Origin: Eledone cirrhosa
Lineage: Eukaryota
NCBI GenBank assembly: GCA_964016885.1
Contig: OZ024742.1
Span: forward strand, 164,920,001-164,984,000
DNA length: 64,000 bases
Direction: 5' to 3'
The notes under the pieces are model-generated. The model was given only the letters and a program-made list of their open reading frames with translations. It was not told the origin of the DNA and did not search any database. The translations under genes and the position numbers were made by a program. Positions 11,150 to 26,000 of the stretch are shown piece after piece (the first letter of the stretch is position 1; each line of letters starts with the position of its first letter).

Positions 11150-14100
11150 GGAATTTATCTCCCCTTGGACGGCTAGAAATTACCTCTCCTTGGACGGCTG
11201 GAAAATATGTCTCCTTGGACGGCTGGATATTATCTACCCTTGGACGGCTGGAAATTATCTCCCCTTGGACGGCTGGAAATTATCTCCCCTTGGACGGCTA
11301 GATATTACCTCCCCTTGGACGGCTGGAAATTATCTCCCCTTGATTTTTTTACAAATTATCTCCCCCTGATTTTTTTACAAATTATCTCCCCCTGATTTTT
11401 TTTACAAATTATCTCCGCCTAATTTTTTTAAATATTATCTTCCCTTGGCTGGCGGGAAATTATCTCCCATTGGACGGCTGAAAATTATCTCCCCTTGGAC
11501 GGCTGGAAATTATCTCCCCTTGATTTTTTTTACAAATTATCTCCCCCTGATTTTTTTTTACAAATTATCTCCCCCTGATTTTTTTTACAAATTATCTCCC
11601 CCTGATTTTTTTACAAATTATCTCCCCTTGGCTGGCTGGAAATTATCTCCCCTTGGAGGCTGGAATTTATCTCCCCTTGGACGGCTAGAAATTACCTCTC
11701 CTTGGACGGCTGGAAAATATGTCCTTGGACGGCTGGATATTATCTACCCTTGGACGGCTGGAAATTATCTCCCCTTGGACGGCTGGAAATTATCTCCCCT
11801 TGGACGGCTAGATATTACCTCCCCTTGGACGGCTGGAAATTATCTCCCCTTGAATTTTTTTACAAATTATCTCCCCCTGATTTTTTTTTACAAATTATCT
11901 CCCCCTGATTTTTTTTTACAAATTATCTACCCCTGATTTTTTTTTACAAATTATCTCCCCCTGATTTTTTTTACAAATTATCTCCCCCTGATTTTTTTTT
12001 ACAAATTATCTCCCCCTGATTTTTTTTTACAAATTATCTACCCCTGATTTTTTTTACAAATTATCTCCCCCTGATTTTTTTTACAAATTATCTCCCCCTG
12101 ATTTTTTTTACAAATTATCTTCGCCTAATTTTTTTAAATATTATCTTCCCTTGGCTGGCGGGAAATTATCTCCCCTTGGACGGCTGAAAATTATCTCTCC
12201 TTGGACGGCTGGAAATTATCTCCCCTTGATTTTTTTTACAAATTATCTCCCCCTGATTATTTTTTACAAATTATCTCCCCCTGATTTTTTTTTACAAATT
12301 ATCTCCCCCTGATTTTTTTTACAAATTATCTCCCCCTGATTTTTTTACAAATTATCTCCCCTTGGCTGGCTGGAAATTATCTCCCCTTGGAGGCTGGAAT
12401 TTATCTCCCCTTGGACGGTTAGAAATTACCTCTCCTTGGACGGCTGGAAAATATGTCTCCTTGGACGGCTGGAAATTATCGCCCCTTGGACGGCTGGAAA
12501 TTATCTCCCCTTGGACGGCTGGAAATTATCTCTCCTCGGACGGCTAGAAATTACCTCTCTTTGGACAGCTGAAAATTATCTCCCCTTGGACGGCTGGAAA
12601 TTATCTCCCCTTGATTTTTTTACAAATTATCTCCCCCTGATTTTTTTTTACAAATTATCTCCCCCTGATTTTTTTTTACAAATTATCTCCCCCTGATTTT
12701 TTTTTACAAATTATCTCCCCCTGATTTTTTTACAAATTATCTCCCCTTGGCTGGCTGGAAATTATCTCCCCTTGGAGGCTGGAATTTATCTCCCCTTGGA
12801 CGGCTAGAAATTACCTCTCCTTGGACGGCTGGAAAATATGTCTCCTTGGACGGCTGGATATTATCTACCCTTGGACGGCTGGAAATTATCTCCCCTTGGA
12901 CGGCTGGAAATTATCTCCCCTTGGACGGCTAGATATTACCTCCCCTTGGACGGCTGGAAATTATCTCCCCTTGATTTTTTTACAAATTATCTCCCCCTGA
13001 TTTTTTTACAAATTATCTCCCCCTGATTTTTTTTACAAATTATCTCCGCCTAATTTTTTTAAATATTATCTTCCCTTGGCTGGCGGGAAATTATCTCCCC
13101 TTGGACGGCTGAAAATTATCTCCCCTTGGACGGCTGGAAATTATCTCCCCTTGATTTTTTTTACAAATTATCTCCCCCTGATTTTTTTTTACAAATTATC
13201 TCCCCCTGATTTTTTTTACAAATTATCTCCCCCTGATTTTTTTACAAATTATCTCCCCTTGGCTGGCTGGAAATTATCTCCCCTTGGAGGCTGGAATTTA
13301 TCTCCCCTTGGACGGCTAGAAATTACCTCTCCTTGGACGGCTGGAAAATATGTCCTTGGACGGCTGGATATTATCTACCCTTGGACGGCTGGAAATTATC
13401 TCCCCTTGGACGGCTGGAAATTATCTCCCCTTGGACGGCTAGATATTACCTCCCCTTGGACGGCTGGAAATTATCTCCCCTTGATTTTTTTTACAAATTA
13501 TCTCCCCCTGATTTTTTTTTACAAATTATCTCCCCCTGATTTTTTTTTACAAATTATCTACCCCTGATTTTTTTTTACAAATTATCTCCCCCTGATTTTT
13601 TTTACAAATTATCTCCCCCTGATTTTTTTTTACAAATTATCTCCCCCTGATTTTTTTTTACAAATTATCTACCCCTGATTTTTTTTACAAATTATCTCCC
13701 CCTGATTTTTTTTACAAATTATCTCCCCCTGATTTTGTTTACAAATTATCTCCCCCTGATTTTTTTACAAATTATCTCCCCCTGATTTTTTTTACAAATT
13801 ATCTCCGCCTAATTTTTTTAAATATTATCTTCCCTTGGCTGGCGGGAAATTATCTCCCCTTGGACGGCTGAAAATTATCTCTCCTTGGACGGCTGGAAAT
13901 TATCTCCCCTTCATTTTTTTTACAAATTATCTCCCCCTGATTATTTTTTACAAATTATCTCCCCCTGATTTTTTTTTACAAATTATCTCCCCCTGATTTT
14001 TTTTACAAATTATCTCCCCCTGATTTTTTTACAAATTATCTCCCCTTGGCTGGCTGGAAATTATCTCCCCTTGGAGGCTGGAATTTATCTCCCCTTGGAC

Positions 14101-14200
14101 GGTTAGAAATTACCTCTCCTTGGACGGCTGGAAAATATGTCTCCTTGGACGGCTGGAAATTATCGCCCCTTGGACGGCTGGAAATTATCTCCCCTTGGAC
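11150..14200 (+). repeat. Higher-order tandem repeat, ~1631-bp unit, ~2 copies
   Basis: ORF pairs 11207/12838, 11445/13076 and 11702/13333, all offset 1631. Both copies carry the shortened AAAATATGTCC variant. Confidence 0.85.
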
Positions 14201-17200
14201 GGCTGGAAATTATCTCCCCTTGATTTTTTTTACAAATTATCTCCCCCTGATTTTTTTTTACAAATTATCTCCCCCTGATTTTTTTTTACAAATTATCTCC
14301 CTCTGATTTTTTTTTACAAATTATCTCCCCCTGATATTTTTACAAATTATCTCCCCCTGATTTTTTTACAAATTATCTCCCCTTGGCTGGCTGGAAATTA
14401 TCTCCCCTTGGAGGCTGGAATTTATCTCCCCTTAGACGGCTAGAAATTACCTCGCCTTGGACGGCTGGCAAATATGTCTCCTTGGACGGCTGGAAATTAT
14501 CTCCCCTTGGACGGCTGGAAATTATCTCCCCTTGGACGGCTGGAAATTATCTCCCCTTGGACGGCTAGATATTACCTCCCCTTGGACGGCTGGAAATTAT
14601 CTCCCCTTGGACGGCTAGATATTACCTCCCCTTGGACGGCTGGAAATTATCTCCCCTTGATTTTTTTTACAAATTATCTCCCCCTGATTTTTTTAAAAAA
14701 ATTATCTCCCCTTGAACGGCTGGAAATTATCTCCCCTTGGACGGCTGGAAATTATCTCCCCTTGGACGGCTAGAAATTACCTCTCCTTGGACGGCTGAAA
14801 ATTATCTCCCCTTGGACGGCTGCAAATTATCTCCCCTTGATTTTTTAACAAATTATCTCCCCCTGATTTTTTTTTACAAATTACCTCCCCCTGATTTTTT
14901 TTTACAAATTATCTCCCCGTGATTTTTTTACAAATTATCTCCCCCTGATTTTTTTTACAATCTCCGCCTGATTTTTTTAAAAATTATCTTCCCTTGGCTG
15001 GCGGGAAATTATCTCCCCTTGGACGGCTGGAAATTATATCCCCTTGGAAGGATGGAAATTATCTCCCCTTGGACGGCTGGAAATTATCTCCCCTTGGACG
15101 GCTGGAAATTATCTCCCCTTGGACAGCTGGAAATTATCTGCCCTTGATTTTGTATTTACAAATTATCTCCCCCTGATTTTTTTTACAAATTATCTCCACC
15201 TGATTTTTTAAAAAATTATCTCCCCTTGGACGGCTGGAAATTATCTCCCCTTGATTTTTTACAAATTATCTCCCCCTGATTTTTTTTACAAATTATCTCC
15301 CCCTGATTTTTTGTTACAAATTATCTCCCCCTGATTTTTTTACAAATTATCTCCCCCTGATTTTTTTTACAAATTATCTCCGCCTGATTTTTTTAAATAT
15401 TATCTTCCCTTGGCTGGCGGGAAATTATCTCCCCTTGGACGGCTGAAAATTATCTCCCCTTGGACGGCTGGAAATTATCTCCCCTTGATTTTTTTACAAA
15501 TTATCTCCCCCTGATTTTTTTTTACAAATTATCTCCCCCTGATTTTTTTTACAAATTATCTCCCCCTGATTTTTTTTTACAAATTATCTCCCCCTGATTT
15601 TTTTACAAATTATCTCCCCCTGATTTTTTTTACAATCTCCGCCTGATTTTTTAAAAAATTATCTTCCCTTGGCTGGCGGGAAATTATCTCCCCTTGGACG
15701 GCTGGAAATTATCTCCCCTTGGACGGCTGGAAATTATCTCCCCTTGGACAGCTGGAAATTATCTGCCCTTGATTTTGTTTTTACAAATTATCTCCCCCTG
15801 ATTTTTTTTACAAATTATCTCCACCTGATTTTTTAAAAAATTATCTCCCCTTGGACGGCTGGAAATTATCTCCCCTTGATTTTTTTACAAATTATCTCCC
15901 CCTGATTTTTTTTACAAATTATCTCCCCCTGATTTTATGTTACAAATTATCTCCCCCTGATTTTTTTACAAATTATCTCCCCCTGATTTTTTTTACAAAT
16001 TATCTCCGCCTGATTTTTTTAAATATTATCTTCCCTTGGCTGGCGGGAAATTATCTCCCCTTGGACGGCTGGAAATTATCTCCCCTTGATTTTTTTTACA
16101 AATTATCTCCCCCTGATTTTTTTTTACAAATTATCTCCCCCTGATTTTTTTTTACAAATTATCTCCCCCTGATTTTTTTTTACAAATTATCTCCCCCTGA
16201 TTTTTTTTTACAAATCTCCCCCTGATTTTTTTATAAATTATCTCCCCTTGGCTGGCTGGAAATTATCTCCCCTTGGAGGCTGGAATTTATCTCCCCTTGG
16301 ACGGCTAGAAATTACCTCTCCTTGGATGGCTGGAAAATATGTCTCCTTGGACGGCTGGATATTATCTACCCTTGGACGGCTGGAAATTATCTCCCCTTGG
16401 ACGGCTGGAAATTATCTCCCCTTGGACGGCTAGATATTACCTCCCATTGGACGGCTGGAAATTATCTCCCCTTGATTTTTTTTACAAATTATCTCCCCCT
16501 GATTTTTTTTTACGAATTATCTCCCCCTGATTTTTTTTTACAAATTATCTCCGCCTGATTTTTTTTTTTAAATTATCTCCCCTTGAACGGCTGGAAATTA
16601 TCTCCCCTTGGACGGCTGGAAATTATCTCCCCTTGGACGGCTAGAAATTACCTCTCCTTGGACGGCTGAAAATTATCTCCCCTTGGACGGCTGCAAATTA
16701 TCTCCCCTTGATTTTTTTAACAAATTATCTCCCCCTGATTTTTTTTTACAAATTATCTCCCCCTGATTTTTTTTTACAAATTATCTACGCCTAATTTTTT
16801 TTACAAATTATCTCCCCCTGATTTTTTTTTACAAATTATCTCCCCCTGATTTTTTTTACAAATTATCTCCCCCTGATTTTTTTTACAAATTATCTCCCCC
16901 TGATTTTTTTACAAATTATCTCCCCCCTGATTTTTTTTACAATCTCCGCCTGATTTTTTTAAAAATTATCTTCCCTTGGCTGGCGGGAAATTATCTCCCC
17001 TTGGACGGCTGGAAATTATATCCCCTTGGAAGGATGGAAATTATCTCCCCTTGGACGGCTGGAAATTATCTCCCCTTGGACGGCTGGAAATTACCTCCCC
17101 TTGGACAGCTGGAAATTATCTGCCCTTGATTTTGTTTTTACAAATTATCTCCCCCTGATTTTTTTTACAAATTATCTCCACCTGATTTTTTAAAAAATTA

Positions 17201-20069
17201 TCTCCCCTTGGACGGCTGGAAATTATCTCCCCTTGGACGGCTGGAAATTATCTCCCCTTGATTTTTTTTACAAATTATCTCCCCCTGATTTTTTTTTACA
17301 AATTATCTCCCCCTGATTTTTTTTACAAATTATCTCCCCCTGATTTTTTTTTACAAATTATTTCCCCCTGATTTTTTTACAAATTATCTCCCCCCTGATT
17401 TTTTTTACAATCTCCGCCTGATTTTTTTAAAAATTATCTTCCCTTGGCTGGCGGGAAATTATCTCCCCTTGGACGGCTGGAAATTATATCCCCTTGGAAG
17501 GATGGAAATTATCTCCCCTTGGACGGCTGGAAATTATCTCCCCTTGGACGGCTGGAAATTATCTCCCCTTGGACAGCTGGAAATTATCTGCCCTTGATTT
17601 TGTTTTTACAAATTATCTCCCCCTGATTTTTTTTACAAATTATCTCCACCTGATTTTTTAAAAAATTATCTCCCCTTGGACGGCTGGAAATTATCTCCCC
17701 TTGATTTTTTTTACAAATTATCTCCCCCTGATTTTTTTTTACAAATTATCTCCCCCTGATTTTTTTTTACAAATTATCTCCCCCTGATTTTTTTTTACAA
17801 ATTATCTCACCCTGATTTTTTTTACAAATTATCTCTCCCTGATTTTTTTACAAATTATCTCCCCTTGGCTGGCTGGAAATTATCTCCCCTTGGAGGCTGG
17901 AATTTATCTCCCCTTGGACGGCTAGAAATTACCTCTCCTTGGACGGCTGGAAAATATGTCTCCTTGGACGGCTGGATATTATCTACCCTTGGACGGCTGG
18001 AAATTATCTCCCCTTGGACGGCTGGAAATTATCTCCTCTTGGACGGCTAGATATTACCTCCCCTTGGACGGCTGGAAATTATCTCCCCTTGATTTTTTTA
18101 CAAATTATCTCCCCCTGATTTTTTTACAAATTATCTCCCCCTGATTTTTTTTACAAATTATCTCCGCCTAATTTTTTTAAATATTATCTTCCCTTGGCTG
18201 GCGGGAAATTATCTCCCCTTGGACGGCTGAAAATTATCTCCCCTTGGACGGCTGGAAATTATCTCCCCTTGATTTTTTTTACAAATTATCTCCCCCTGAT
18301 TTTTTTTTACAAATTATCTCCCCCTGATTTTTTTTACAAATTATCTCCTCCTGATTTTTTTACAAATTATCTCCCCTTGGCTGGCTGGAAATTATCTCCC
18401 CTTGGAGGCTGGAATTTATCTCCCCTTGGACGGCTAGAAATTACCTCTCCTTGGAAGGCTGGAAAATATGTCCTTGGACGGCTGGATATTATCTACCCTT
18501 GGACGGCTGGAAATTATCTCCCCTTGGACGGCTGGAAATTATCTCCCCTTGGACGGCTAGATATTACCTCCCCTTGGACGGCTGAAAATTATCTCCCCTT
18601 GGACGGCTGGAAATTATCTCCCCTTGATTTTTTTTACAAATTATCTCCCCCTGATTATTTTTTACAAATTATCCCCTGATTTTTTTTTTACAAATTATCT
18701 CCCCCTGATTTTTTTTACAAATTATCTCCCCCTGATTTTTTTACAAATTATCTCCCCTTGGCTGGCTGGAAATTATCTCCCATTGGAGGCTGGAATTTAT
18801 CTCCCCTTGGACGGTTAGAAATTACCTCCCCTTGGACGGCTGGAAAATATGTCTCCTTGGACGGCTGGAAATTATCGCCCCTTGGACGGCTGGAAATTAT
18901 CTCCCCTTGGACGGCTGGAAATTATCTCTCATCGGACGGCTAGAAATTACCTCTCCTTGGACAGCTGAAAATTATCTCCCCTTGGACGGCTGGAAATTAT
19001 CTCCCCTTGATTTTTTTTACAAATTATCTCCCCCTGATTTTTTTTTACAAATTATCTCCCCCTGATTTTTTTTTACAAATTATCTCCCCCTGATTTTTTT
19101 TTACAAATTATCTCCCCCTGATATTTTTTACAAATTATCTCCCCCTGATTTTTTTACAAATTATCTCCCCTTGGCTGGCTGGAAATTATCTCCCCTTGGA
19201 GGCTGGAATTTATCTCCCCTTGGACGGCTAGAAATTACCTCGCCTTGGACGGCTGGAAAATATGTCTCCTTGGACGGCTGGAAATTATCTCCCCTTGGAC
19301 GGCTGGAAATTATCTCCCCTTGGACAGCTGGAAATTATCTCCCCTTGGACGGCTAGATATTACCTCCCCTTGGACGGCTGGAAATTATCTCCCCTTGATT
19401 TTTTTTACAAATTATCTCCCCCTGATTTTTTTTTACAAATTATCTCCCCCTGATTTTTTTTTACGAATTATCTCCCCCCGATTTTTTTTTACAAATTATC
19501 TCCGGCTGATTTTTTTTTAAAAATTATCTCCCCTTGAACGGCTGGAAATTATCTCCCCTTGGACGGCTGGAAATTATCTCCCCTTGGACGGCTAGAAATT
19601 ACCTCTCCTTGGACGGCTGAAAATTATCTCCCCTTGGACGGCTGCAAATTATCTCCCCTTGATTTTTTAACAAATTATCTCCCCCTGATTTTTTTTTACA
19701 AATTATCTCCCCCTGATTTTTTTTTACAAATTATCTCCCCCTGATTTTTTTTTACAAATTATCTCCCCCTGATTTTTTTACAAATTATCTCCCCCTGATT
19801 TTTTTTACAATCTCCGCCTGATTTTTTAAAAAATTATCTTCCCTTGGCTGGCGGGAAATTATCTCCCCTTGGACGGCTGGAAATTATCTCCCCTTGGACG
19901 GCTGGAAATTATCTCCCCTTGGACAGCTGGAAATTATCTGCCCTTGATTTTGTTTTTACAAATTATCTCCCCCTGATTTTTTTTACAAATTATCTCCACC
20001 TGATTTTTCAAAAAATTATCTCCCCTTGGACGGCTGGAAATTATCTCCCCTTGATTTTTTTACAAATTA

Positions 20070-23000
20070 TCTCCCCCTGATTTTTTTTACAAATTATCTC
20101 CCCCTGATTTTATGTTACAAATTATCTCCCCCTGATTTTTTTACAAATTATCTCCCCCTGATTTTTTTTACAAATTATCTCCGCCTGATTTTTTTAAATA
20201 TTATCTTCCCTTGGCTGGCGGGAAATTATCTCCCCTTGGACGGCTGGAAATTATCTCCCCTTGATTTTTTTTACAAATTATCTCCCCCTGATTTTTTTTT
20301 ACAAATTATCTCCCCCTGATTTTTTTTTACAAATTATCTCCCCCTGATTTTTTTTTACAAATCTCCCCCTGATTTTTTTATAAATTATCTCCCCTTGGCT
20401 GGCTGGAAATTATCTCCCCTTGGAGGCTGGAATTTATCTCCCCTTGGACGGCTAGAAATTACCTCTCCTTGGATGGCTGGAAAATATGTCTCCTTGGACG
20501 GCTGGATATTATCTACCCTTGGACGGCTGGAAATTATCTCCCCTTGGACGGCTGGAAATTATCTCCCCTTGGACGGCTAGATATTACCTCCCATTGGACG
20601 GCTGGAAATTATCTCCCCTTGATTTTTTTTACAAATTATCTCCCCCTGATTTTTTTTTACGAATTATCTCCGCCTGATTTTTTTTTTAAAATTATCTCCC
20701 CTTGAACGGCTGGAAATTATCTCCCCTTGGACGGCTGGAAATTATCTCCCCTTGGACGGCTAGAAATTACCTCTCCTTGGACGGCTGAAAATTATCTCCC
20801 CTTGGACGGCTGCAAATTATCTCCCCTTGATTTTTTTAACAAATTATCTCCCCCTGATTTTTTTTTACAAATTATCTCCCCCTGATTTTTTTTACAAATT
20901 ATCTACGCCTAATTTTTTTTACAAATTATCTCCCCCTGATTTTTTTTTACAAATTATCTCCCCCTGATTTTTTTTACAAATTATCTCCCCTTGGCTGGCT
21001 GGAAATTATCTCCCCTTGGAGGCTGGAATTTATCTCCCCTTGGACGGTTAGAAATTACCTCTCCTTGGACTGCTGGAAAATATGTCTCCTTGGACGGCTG
21101 GAAATTATCTCCCCTTGGACGGCTGGAAATTATCTCCCCTTGGACGGCTGGAAATTATCTCTCCTCGGACGACTAGAAATTACCTCTCCTTGGACAGCTG
21201 AAAATTATCTCCCCTTGGACGGCTGGAAATTATCTCCCCTTGATTTTTTTTACAAATTATCTCCCCCTGATTTATTTTACAAATTATCTCCCCCTGATTT
21301 TTTTTTACAAATTATCTCCCCCTGATTTTTTTTACAAATTATCTCCCCCTGATATTTTTTACAAATTATCTCCCCCTGATTTTTTTACAAATTATCTCCC
21401 CTTGGCTGGCTGGAAATTATCTACCCTTGGAGGCTGGAATTTATCTCCCCTTGGACGGCTAGAAATTACCTCGCCTTGGACGGCTGGAAAATATGTCTCC
21501 TTGGACGGCTGGAAATTATCTCCCCTTGGACGGCTGGAAATTATCTCCCCTTGGACGGCTGGAAATTATCTCCCCTTGGACGGCTAGATATTACCTCCCC
21601 TTGGACGGCTGGAAATTATCTCCCCTTGATTTTTTTTACAAATTATCTCCCCCTGATTTTTTTTTACAAATTATCACCCCCTGATTTTTTTTTACGAAGT
21701 ATCTCCCCCTGATTTTTTTTTACAAATTATCTCCGCCTGATTTTTTTTTAAAAATTATCTCCCCTTGAACGGCTGGAAATTATCTCCCCTTGGACGGCTG
21801 GAAATTATCTCCCCTTGGACGGCTAGAAATTACCTCTCCTTGGACGGCTGAAAATTATCTCCCATTGGACGGCTGCAAATTATCTCCCCTTGATTTTTTA
21901 ACAAATTATCTCCCCCTGATTTTTTTTTACAAATTATCTCCCCCTGATTTTTTTTTACAAATTATCTACGCCTAATTTTTTTTACAAATTATCTCCCCCT
22001 GATTTTTTTTTACAAATTATCTCCCCCTGATTTTTTTTACAAATTATCTCCCCCTGATTTTTTTTTACAAATTATTTCCCCCTGATTTTTTTACAAATTA
22101 TCTCCCCCCTGATTTTTTTTACAATCTCCGCCTGATTTTTTTAAAAATTATCTTCCCTTGGCTGGCGGGAAATTATCTCCCCTTGGACGGCTGGAAATTA
22201 TATCCCCTTGGAAGGATGGAAATTATCTCCCCTTGGACGGCTGGAAATTATCTCCCCTTGGACGGCTGGAAATTATCTCCCCTTGGACGGCTGGAAATTA
22301 TCTCCCCTTGGACAGCTGGAAATTATCTGTCCTTGATTTTGTTTTTACAAATTATCTCCCCCTGATTTTTTTTACAAATTATCTCCACCTGATTTTTTAA
22401 AAAATTATCTCCCCTTGGACGGCTGGAAATTATCTCCCCTTGATTTTTTTTACAAATTATCTCCCCCTGATTTTTTTTTACAAATTATCTCCCCCTGATT
22501 TTTTTTTACAAATTATCTCCCCCTGATTTTTTTTTACAAATTCTCTCACCCTGATTTTTTTTACAAATTATCTCTCCCTGATTTTTTTACAAATTATCTC
22601 CCCTTGGCTGGCTGGAAATTATCTCCCCTTGGAGGCTGGAATTTATCTCCCCTTGGACGGCTAGAAATTACCTCTCCTTGGACGGCTGGAAAATATGTCT
22701 CCTTGGACGGCTGGATATTATCTACCCTTGGACGGCTGGAAATTATCTCCCCTTGGACGGCTGGAAATTATCTCCTCTTGGACGGCTAGATATTACCTCC
22801 CCTTGGACGGCTGGAAATTATCTCCCCTTGATTTTTTTACAAATTATCTCCCCCTGATTTTTTTACAAATTATCTCCCCCTGATTTTTTTTACAAATTAT
22901 CTCCGCCTAATTTTTTTAAATATTATCTTCCCTTGGCTGGCGGGAAATTATCTCCCCTTGGACGGCTGAAAATTATCTCCCCTTGGACGGCTGGAAATTA

Positions 23001-26000
23001 TCTCCCCTTGATTTTTTTTACAAATTATCTCCCCCTGATTTTTTTTTACAAATTATCTCCCCCTGATTTTTTTTACAAATTATCTCCCCCTGATTTTTTT
23101 ACAAATTATCTCCCCTTGGCTGGCTGGAAATTATCTCCCCTTGGAGGCTGGAATTTATCTCCCCTTGGACGGCTAGAAATTACCTCTCCTTGGAAGGCTG
23201 GAAAATATGTCCTTGGACGGCTGGATATTATCTACCCTTGGACGGCTGGAAATTATCTCCCCTTGGACGGCTGGAAATTATCTCCCCTTGGACGGCTAGA
23301 TATTACCTCCCCTTGTACGGCTGAAAATTATCTCCCCTTGGACGGCTGGAAATTATCTCCCCTTGATTTTTTTTACAAATTATCTCCCCCTGATTATTTT
23401 TTACAAATTATCCCCTGATTTTTTTTTTACAAATTATCTCCCCCTGATTTTTTTTACAAATTATCTCCCCCTGATTTTATGTTACAAATTATCTCCCCCT
23501 GATTTTTTTACAAATTATCTCCCCCTGATTTTTTTTACAAATTATCTCCGCCTGATTTTTTTAAATATTATCTTCCCTTGGCTGGCGGGAAATTATCTCC
23601 CCTTGGACGGCTGGAAATTATCTCCCCTTGATTTTTTTTACAAATTATCTCCCCCTGATTTTTTTTTACAAATTATCTCCCCCTGATTTTTTTTTACAAA
23701 TTATCTCCCCCTGATTTTTTTTTACAAATCTCCCCCTGATTTTTTTATAAATTATCTCCCCTTGGCTGGCTGGAAATTATCTCCCCTTGGAGGCTGGAAT
23801 TTATCTCCCCTTGGACGGCTAGAAATTACCTCTCCTTGGATGGCTGGAAAATATGTCTCCTTGGACGGCTGGATATTATCTACCCTTGGACGGCTGGAAA
23901 TTATCTCCCCTTGGACGGCTGGAAATTATCTCCCCTTGGACGGCTAGATATTACCTCCCATTGGACGGCTGGAAATTATCTCCCCTTGATTTTTTTTACA
24001 AATTATCTCCCCCTGATTTTTTTTTACGAATTATCTCCGCCTGATTTTTTTTTTAAAATTATCTCCCCTTGAACGGCTGGAAATTATCTCCCCTTGGACG
24101 GCTGGAAATTATCTCCCCTTGGACGGCTAGAAATTACCTCTCCTTGGACGGCTGAAAATTATCTCCCCTTGGACGGCTGCAAATTATCTCCCCTTGATTT
24201 TTTTAACAAATTATCTCCCCCTGATTTTTTTTTACAAATTATCTCCCCCTGATTTTTTTTACAAATTATCTACGCCTAATTTTTTTTACAAATTATCTCC
24301 CCCTGATTTTTTTTTACAAATTATCTCCCCCTGATTTTTTTTACAAATTATCTCCCCTTGGCTGGCTGGAAATTATCTCCCCTTGGAGGCTGGAATTTAT
24401 CTCCCCTTGGACGGTTAGAAATTACCTCTCCTTGGACTGCTGGAAAATATGTCTCCTTGGACGGCTGGAAATTATCTCCCCTTGGACGGCTGGAAATTAT
24501 CTCCCCTTGGACGGCTGGAAATTATCTCTCCTCGGACGACTAGAAATTACCTCTCCTTGGACAGCTGAAAATTATCTCCCCTTGGACGGCTGGAAATTAT
24601 CTCCCCTTGATTTTTTTTACAAATTATCTCCCCCTGATTTATTTTACAAATTATCTCCCCCTGATTTTTTTTTACAAATTATCTCCCCCTGATTTTTTTT
24701 ACAAATTATCTCCCCCTGATATTTTTTACAAATTATCTCCCCCTGATTTTTTTACAAATTATCTCCCCTTGGCTGGCTGGAAATTATCTACCCTTGGAGG
24801 CTGGAATTTATCTCCCCTTGGACGGCTAGAAATTACCTCGCCTTGGACGGCTGGAAAATATGTCTCCTTGGACGGCTGGAAATTATCTCCCCTTGGACGG
24901 CTGGAAATTATCTCCCCTTGGACGGCTGGAAATTATCTCCCCTTGGACGGCTAGATATTACCTCCCCTTGGACGGCTGGAAATTATCTCCCCTTGATTTT
25001 TTTTACAAATTATCTCCCCCTGATTTTTTTTTACAAATTATCACCCCCTGATTTTTTTTTACGAAGTATCTCCCCCTGATTTTTTTTTACAAATTATCTC
25101 CGCCTGATTTTTTTTTAAAAATTATCTCCCCTTGAACGGCTGGAAATTATCTCCCCTTGGACGGCTGGAAATTATCTCCCCTTGGACGGCTAGAAATTAC
25201 CTCTCCTTGGACGGCTGAAAATTATCTCCCATTGGACGGCTGCAAATTATCTCCCCTTGATTTTTTAACAAATTATCTCCCCCTGATTTTTTTTTACAAA
25301 TTATCTCCCCCTGATTTTTTTTTACAAATTATCTACGCCTAATTTTTTTTACAAATTATCTCCCCCTGATTTTTTTTTACAAATTATCTCCCCCTGATTT
25401 TTTTTACAAATTATCTCCCCCTGATTTTTTTTTACAAATTATTTCCCCCTGATTTTTTTACAAATTATCTCCCCCCTGATTTTTTTTACAATCTCCGCCT
25501 GATTTTTTTAAAAATTATCTTCCCTTGGCTGGCGGGAAATTATCTCCCCTTGGACGGCTGGAAATTATATCCCCTTGGAAGGATGGAAATTATCTCCCCT
25601 TGGACGGCTGGAAATTATCTCCCCTTGGACGGCTGGAAATTATCTCCCCTTGGACAGCTGGAAATTATCTGTCCTTGATTTTGTTTTTACAAATTATCTC
25701 CCCCTGATTTTTTTTACAAATTATCTCCACCTGATTTTTTAAAAAATTATCTCCCCTTGGACGGCTGGAAATTATCTCCCCTTGATTTTTTTTACAAATT
25801 ATCTCCCCCTGATTTTTTTTTACAAATTATCTCCCCCTGATTTTTTTTTACAAATTATCTCCCCCTGATTTTTTTTTACAAATTCTCTCACCCTGATTTT
25901 TTTTACAAATTATCTCTCCCTGATTTTTTTACAAATTATCTCCCCTTGGCTGGCTGGAAATTATCTCCCCTTGGAGGCTGGAATTTATCTCCCCTTGGAC

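Larger units (their letters stand above)
1..15600 (+). repeat. Large segmental duplication, copy 1 (pairs with ~32143-49190)
   Basis: ORF-track offsets are 32142 (77/32219 through 9300/41442), 33222 (9792/43014 to 10777/43999) and 33586 (11207/44793 to 14994/48580). Rare variants are shared, e.g. ACAAACTATC ~1867/34009, CTGGGACGG ~8601/40743 and GGCAAATATG ~14467/48053. Confidence 0.93.
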
